The notes beneath the pieces are model-generated. The model was not told the origin of the DNA. It did no database searches and was given only the letters and a program-made list of their open reading frames with translations. A stretch of 32,000 bases of DNA from an uncultured Opitutales bacterium. Its GTDB lineage: Bacteria > Verrucomicrobiota > Verrucomicrobiia > Opitutales > Intestinicryptomonadaceae. Below, piece by piece: positions 27,704 to 32,000 of the stretch. How positions within the stretch are numbered: position 1 is the stretch's first letter; each line of letters begins with the position of its first letter. The stretch spans positions 390,001-422,000 of the forward strand of contig CAKTSY010000001.1 in assembly GCA_934613415.1 (NCBI GenBank), read 5' to 3'. The position numbers and the translations under genes were made by a program.

Positions 27704-28806
27704 GATGTTCTGTTCAGATAGATTTATGCGCGCTAGAGCGCAATCTTAAAAACGTAAGGCGTTTTTTGCCGAGAGAGCGCGGCTATATAGCCTTTGTGCC
27801 CGCCGACGCATTCGGCATTGGCATTAGCGCGGCGGTTGCGCGCCTTATGGAAAGCGGTGCCGATGCCTTTGCCGTAACCAACCTTGCCGAGGCTATGCAA
27901 GTGCGAAGCGTTGGACTTGGCTGGCAAATAATAGTTATGAGCCCTTCAATTGTAGGCGAAGAATCTTTCTATTTTGAAAACGACATTACCCCCGTGCTTG
28001 CAACTTTAGAAGAGGTTGAACGCTTTGAAAAGGCTGGCGAAAAGCTTGGCAAAACGCTTGCAGTTCATATGCGCTTGCCGCTAAAAAAACCCCTTATACC
28101 CGACAATATCGAGGCAAAAAAAATGCTAAACGCCCTGCTCGAATCTAAATATTTAAAGTTCGAAGCATTTTGCGCTCCGGGAACAGGTAGCGGCGCAAAA
28201 GAGCGCGACATTGAAGTAGACGCCGACTTTTTGAAAGACGCCGCCGAAATTTTAAAATACAAAAAAATATACATACACCACGGCGATATTTTCGACTATT
28301 CGCGCGTGCCCGAAAATTTCCTTACGGCAATAAGAATAGGGCTTATTTTGTTCGGAGTTGCCCCCGAAGAAAATTCCATATTAAAGGAATTTAAGCCCGA
28401 ACAAATAATGTATTTTAGAACCGCAATAAGCCAAATAAAGTGGCTGCCAAAAGGGGCTTCGGTTGGCTACGGCAATACCTATACATTGCAAAAAGACACC
28501 AGAATTGCACTTATTTCGGCAGGCTACGGCGACGGTATGACGCGCAACGCAGGCGGCCGCACAAAGGTGCTAGTAAGGGGCAAGTTTTTGCCTATTATAG
28601 GCAGAGTTTCTATGGACCAAGCCTGCCTAGACACAACCGGGCTAGACGACATAAAGGAAGGCGACGAAGTTATTTTAATAGGCAAATCTGGCGAAAACGA
28701 AATAAAGATAGAAGACTATTGCCAAAGTATGTCTATAGTTGCAGCCCAAGCCCTGTGCTCTATAACCAAGCGCGTTCCCCGCTACTACAAAACCCTAACC
28801 TACTAA
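27679..28806 (+). CDS. alanine-racemase-fold protein lacking the PLP-binding lysine (probable non-racemase)
   Basis: The C-terminal domain is strongly Alr-like (GASVGYGNTYTL, ALISAGYGDGMTR, IIGRVSMDQACLD, ITKRVPRYY). At the N-terminal PLP motif it reads AFVPADAFGIG where Alr has AVVKANAYGHG, with the Pro codon at 27799-27801. Confidence 0.7.
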   Translation: MEFASTHLRCSVQIDLCALERNLKNVRRFLPRERGYIAFVPADAFGIGISAAVARLMESGADAFAVTNLAEAMQVRSVGLGWQIIVMSPSIVGEESFYFENDITPVLATLEEVERFEKAGEKLGKTLAVHMRLPLKKPLIPDNIEAKKMLNALLESKYLKFEAFCAPGTGSGAKERDIEVDADFLKDAAEILKYKKIYIHHGDIFDYSRVPENFLTAIRIGLILFGVAPEENSILKEFKPEQIMYFRTAISQIKWLPKGASVGYGNTYTLQKDTRIALISAGYGDGMTRNAGGRTKVLVRGKFLPIIGRVSMDQACLDTTGLDDIKEGDEVILIGKSGENEIKIEDYCQSMSIVAAQALCSITKRVPRYYKTLTY

Positions 28807-28862
28807 TTAAAAATCTTGACTAACGCGTTATTATATAAATAGTCTTAACGCTTTATAAATTT

Positions 28863-28945
<83 letters not shown>

Positions 28946-28953
28946 TTGTTTAT

Positions 28954-28988
28954 AGCCCGCATTCCTACAAGGTTTGCGGGCTTTTTTT
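28954..28988 (+). terminator. rho-independent terminator after tRNA-Leu
   Basis: Stem AGCCCGCA-N13-TGCGGGCT followed by T7. Confidence 0.8.
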
Positions 28989-29046
28989 GTGTATGCATTT
29001 AAGATTGGCAACTGCGCGTTGCGCAACTTTTTATAATGCGCATATA

Positions 29047-29076
29047 CAAAAAAACGCCGCTTTGTTTTGCGGCGTT
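29047..29076 (-). terminator. rho-independent terminator after the FAD oxidoreductase gene
   Basis: The minus-strand stem AACGCCGC-AAAACAAA-GCGGCGTT is followed by a T-run, 30 nt after the stop at 29106. Confidence 0.8.
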
Positions 29077-29105
29077 TTGTTTGAAAGCTTGTTGTTTTGC
29101 ACTGG

Positions 29106-31046
29106 CTAAGCGTATGCCCTTATTTCCGACACCGTAATTTTCGGCGAACCGTTGGTAGCCAAAATTTCGGCGCGCAAAGCCGTTACAGAAACTTCGTTAA
29201 AGCTTAGCCTTACCAAGCGTTGCGAGTTGTTGCGAACCGAGCACAACTTCCTTTGCTCGCCGTTTTCCAAAGTGGCTATTAAATCGAAATCCCTTACAAG
29301 CTCTTTTTGCGCGCCGCGGTGCATATGCTTTAGCAGATATGCCGAATGTGTCATAGACAATTCCGTGCAGCCGCCGTAGAACGTAAACTGCATATTCGAA
29401 ACTTTTACGGGGCTATTCCACTTAAGCTCAATCCACTGCTTTTCGGCGGCGTCGGCAACCCACCTGTTTTTGTTTTCTTTGGGCTTGTCTATAACTACAC
29501 CGCTTAAAACATTTTCGGGGCTGCTGTTTTCCATACTAGACGAAGCCGAAACTTTTGCATTTCTTGCCAAGTCTTTCGGATCTTGGTTTTTTATGCCTAT
29601 AATGGTTTGGTCGTCTTTTAAAAGCGTTTGCTGAAGTTCGAAAATGCGGTTTTTGTCTGCACGCAACTGGCATGGCAAAATGTTTTTGTCCAAACAAATT
29701 GCGGCTGCAGTTCCAACCGCCTGCCCTACCGCAGAGCAGGTAGACATTACCCTTGTAGATGTAAACGCAACGTGGCTGCAGCTTATGTTGCGCCCTGCCA
29801 TCATCAAATTTTTAACGTTCTTTGAATATAGCGAAGAAAAGCCTATGTTGTAGTACGGCACTTTGCCGAACTGGCGACATGGCTTGCGGTCGCTGGCGTA
29901 AAAGCCCTTTGCGGGGTGGTCGTCCATAGACCAGCCGCCGACTGCAACGGCATCGTCAAAATCGCGCCACTTGCCCATAATGTCGTGCTGTGTCATAATG
30001 CGTTCGCCGACAATCCTAAAAGTGTCGCGCCTGCCGGGAACCATTGCAATGCTGTCTAACGCCCTGTTTGCAGCGGCCGGGAATTTGCCGCTGTTTTTAA
30101 TATAATCCCACACGCCCATTACAATCGAAAGCAATTCAAAGCGCAATTTTTCGTTGTCGCCAATGGCGTCACCTTCGCCGCCAAGCTCTATCCACCAATA
30201 GCCGTAAGCTAAACCGTCGCTATTAAAGCCCCTAAATTTAAGTTGTTCGGGGGTAATTTTCTTTGCCCAAACAGGTGGGGTATACGGCATTGGCTTGTCG
30301 TATAATTTAGAGGTAAACATTATAGACGAGCCTTGTCTTGTACCAACGGGGTCGAAATCAGCAAAGGGTTCGCCGAACTTTTTAGAGCCGTCTCTGCCCG
30401 ACATAACTTCGGCGTTTGCCTGCATTGCAAGGGTACTGTCGCCCGTGCAGTCTACAAATATCTTTGCCGAAATTTTATAGAGCTTGCGCGAAGTTGAGCA
30501 TCTGGCATAAGCGGCTTTAATCTTGTCGTCTTTCATATCCACAGCGCAAATGGCGGTGTCTAAAAGCAGCGTTATGTTTTTTTCGCTTACACATTTGTCG
30601 TATAGCAAAAAGTCCCACATTTCCCAAGCTAGCTGCGGGTTGGTTGCCGCATTTGCAAGTTTTAGCTCCTCTATAATGCCGCCCTCGCGCCAACCCGTAT
30701 TTGGCGAAAACACTCCCAACGGGTGCATTTTAATTTCCGAACTAGAATTGCCGCCAAGCCTAGACCTGTCTTGAACAAGCACAACTTTTTTGCCGTGGCG
30801 CGCCGCCGAAATTGCAGAACACACCCCCGCCAAGCCGCCGCCTGTCACAAGAATGTCGCACTGCAGTTCAACTGTGTCGTCTAAAATGCCAACCGCGTCG
30901 CTGGGCGGAAAACTTTGCCTTTTTTGCACGCTCTTTCTTTTGTGTTGCAGGTTGCTGGCCGCGTTTTTGGGCGCTGCCACAACCAAGCTATAGCCGCACA
31001 TTGCGGCCGACGTAGTTAAAAAATTGCGTCTGTTAATTTTGCTCAT
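29106..31046 (-). CDS. Tat-exported FAD-dependent oxidoreductase with a C-terminal discoidin/CBM-like domain
   Basis: The twin-arginine signal is [16 protein letters not shown]. The Rossmann FAD motif is [37 protein letters not shown]. The C-terminal ~150 aa are beta-rich ([19 protein letters not shown]...[10 protein letters not shown]). Confidence 0.8.
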   Translation of the reverse strand: MSKINRRNFLTTSAAMCGYSLVVAAPKNAASNLQHKRKSVQKRQSFPPSDAVGILDDTVELQCDILVTGGGLAGVCSAISAARHGKKVVLVQDRSRLGGNSSSEIKMHPLGVFSPNTGWREGGIIEELKLANAATNPQLAWEMWDFLLYDKCVSEKNITLLLDTAICAVDMKDDKIKAAYARCSTSRKLYKISAKIFVDCTGDSTLAMQANAEVMSGRDGSKKFGEPFADFDPVGTRQGSSIMFTSKLYDKPMPYTPPVWAKKITPEQLKFRGFNSDGLAYGYWWIELGGEGDAIGDNEKLRFELLSIVMGVWDYIKNSGKFPAAANRALDSIAMVPGRRDTFRIVGERIMTQHDIMGKWRDFDDAVAVGGWSMDDHPAKGFYASDRKPCRQFGKVPYYNIGFSSLYSKNVKNLMMAGRNISCSHVAFTSTRVMSTCSAVGQAVGTAAAICLDKNILPCQLRADKNRIFELQQTLLKDDQTIIGIKNQDPKDLARNAKVSASSSMENSSPENVLSGVVIDKPKENKNRWVADAAEKQWIELKWNSPVKVSNMQFTFYGGCTELSMTHSAYLLKHMHRGAQKELVRDFDLIATLENGEQRKLCSVRNNSQRLVRLSFNEVSVTALRAEILATNGSPKITVSEIRAYA

Positions 31047-31121
31047 ATATAATCCCCATTATTTATTATGCGCGCTTTGCCGAATTTACGGCAACAAAGC
31101 ACGTTTACAAAGCTGAAAAAT

Positions 31122-31139
31122 TTTGCAAAATATTGCAAA
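31122..31139. promoter_or_regulatory. 7-4-7 perfect inverted repeat, candidate operator upstream of the FAD oxidoreductase gene
   Basis: TTTGCAA-AATA-TTGCAAA lies 76-93 nt upstream of ATG 31046 and 26 nt downstream of the XRE gene stop. Confidence 0.4.
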
Positions 31140-31164
31140 CAAATTTTGCCTATTTTGCGCTGCC

Positions 31165-31494
31165 CTATTTTGCCGGCGTCTTTCTTTTTTTTGCCGTTTT
31201 TTTGTGGCAGTTTGCGTCGACTTTTTTCGGTCGCCCCACAGGGGCAGCAACCCTAACAAAACAGTCTTTTACAAAATCTTTTGTCGGCGGTTTTAAAAAT
31301 TCCCACACGGGCATTTTGCAGTTTTCGGCAATGCGCTCTATAGTGTCTAGCCTGATATACTTTTTGCGCCCCGACTCCAAGTCTTGATAGAACTTATAGT
31401 CTAGCCCAAGCTTTTCGGCAAAAGCCTCTTGTGTTAAAGACTTGGCACTGCGCAAAAGCCTAAGCCTTTTGCCAATAAAAAGCATATAGTTCAT
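31165..31494 (-). CDS. XRE/Cro-C1-family HTH transcriptional regulator with a basic AT-hook-like tail
   Basis: The HTH_3-type motif is IGKRLRLLRSAKSLTQEAFAEKLGLDYKFYQDLESGRK. The C-terminal tail is PVGRPKKVDANCHKKTAKKRKTPAK. Confidence 0.8.
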   Translation of the reverse strand: MNYMLFIGKRLRLLRSAKSLTQEAFAEKLGLDYKFYQDLESGRKKYIRLDTIERIAENCKMPVWEFLKPPTKDFVKDCFVRVAAPVGRPKKVDANCHKKTAKKRKTPAK

Positions 31495-31554
31495 CTATAA
31501 ATTGTAATTGCTTTTTTGCACATAAAACACCTGTTAGTTAACGGTGTTTTTATC

Positions 31555-31583
31555 TTGACAGGCAATATTTACTTTTTAATTAT
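31555..31583 (+). promoter_or_regulatory. candidate sigma-70-type promoter for the downstream lipoprotein gene
   Basis: A perfect -35 TTGACA, a 17-nt spacer and AATTAT. The -10 element ends 9 nt before ATG 31593, implying a very short or absent leader. Confidence 0.4.
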
Positions 31584-31592
31584 CCGCCTATT

Positions 31593-32000
31593 ATGACAAA
31601 GAAAATATCTGCAATTTGTTTTACAGCCCTTATTATTATGCTGGTTTCATGCGACAACAAAGCCGCAAAACCAAAGCCCAAACCCGACTACTACGAAGAG
31701 GTTTACAACGCCCCTTCCGCCGAGCAACCCGCCAAGCAAAACTTAAAAGGCAGTGTAAAAACAAACGCCCAAACCATAAAAAACAAGGTTGAAGACACTG
31801 CAATTTCGCTAATAAACGCCTTTGCGCGGGAGCAAGATTCAAAATTCCCGCCCGAAGTTTTAGAAAATCTAAAAAACGGGCTTTTAAAGCTTGGACAAGA
31901 CTACGACACCGAAATGAAAAAGACATGGTTTAACGAACAGGCAACCGCCTACCTAAAACTTGCCGATATAAAAAAGTCGCTAAGCTTCGACGAAATGAAA
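31593..32000 (+). CDS. putative lipoprotein (3' end runs off the window; not in the ORF track)
   Basis: Hand translation gives MTKKISAICFTALIIMLVSCDNKAAKPKPKPDYYEE..., with lipobox LVSC (Cys20). The frame stays open for 136 codons to the window end. The track's antisense ORF 31636..31926 is a shadow. Confidence 0.65.
   Translation, partial: MTKKISAICFTALIIMLVSCDNKAAKPKPKPDYYEEVYNAPSAEQPAKQNLKGSVKTNAQTIKNKVEDTAISLINAFAREQDSKFPPEVLENLKNGLLKLGQDYDTEMKKTWFNEQATAYLKLADIKKSLSFDEMK

Noticed and set aside
29006-29022. A sigma-54-like TTGGCA...TTGC element. A similar GGCA...TTGCA element lies on the minus strand around 31133-31149.
   Set aside because: The GG-to-GC offset is 14 nt in both cases rather than the 12 nt of the -24/-12 consensus. 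The first also has no downstream gene on its strand.
31165-31494. The XRE HTH protein considered as the antitoxin of a toxin-antitoxin pair.
   Set aside because: No small partner ORF is adjacent or overlapping. Its neighbours are a 646-aa flavoprotein and a divergent lipoprotein gene.

Overview
This is a chromosomal, mostly housekeeping window from a diderm bacterium. I tentatively place it in the PVC superphylum (Verrucomicrobiota/Lentisphaerota-like). The grounds are an Akkermansia Amuc_1098-1102-like gene cluster, a Planctomycete-cytochrome-C-like CXXCH domain protein and a Tat-exported FAD_oxidored-type protein. I support 22 complete CDS, 2 edge-truncated CDS that the ORF track misses (1..905 minus strand, 31593..32000 plus strand), one tRNA-Leu(UAA), several rho-independent terminators and a few candidate regulatory sites. 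Confident housekeeping calls are secA, lnt, zupT, glnS, rpsA, folC, rpoN and gluQ, plus an IMPase-family protein and a DEDDh exonuclease. The stand-out is a five-gene minus-strand operon (10017 down to 2618). It encodes a secreted 243-aa protein, a PilM-PilN fusion, an Amuc_1100-like bitopic protein, a PilP/GspC-like bitopic protein and a 953-aa secretin with a long repeat-bearing N-terminal extension. It is a type IV pilus/T2SS-like envelope machine with no pilin, ATPase, platform protein or prepilin peptidase anywhere in the window. Second-tier oddities are an alanine-racemase-fold protein with proline in place of the PLP-binding lysine (translationally coupled to rpoN and a tsaB-like gene), a ~1060-aa secreted propeller protein with three CXXCH motifs, and an XRE regulator with an AT-hook-like tail next to a palindromic operator and a Tat-exported flavoprotein. 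I saw no CRISPR array, transposase, integrase or recognisable defence or toxin-antitoxin module. All homology statements come from reading motifs by eye and need HMM or structure searches to confirm.
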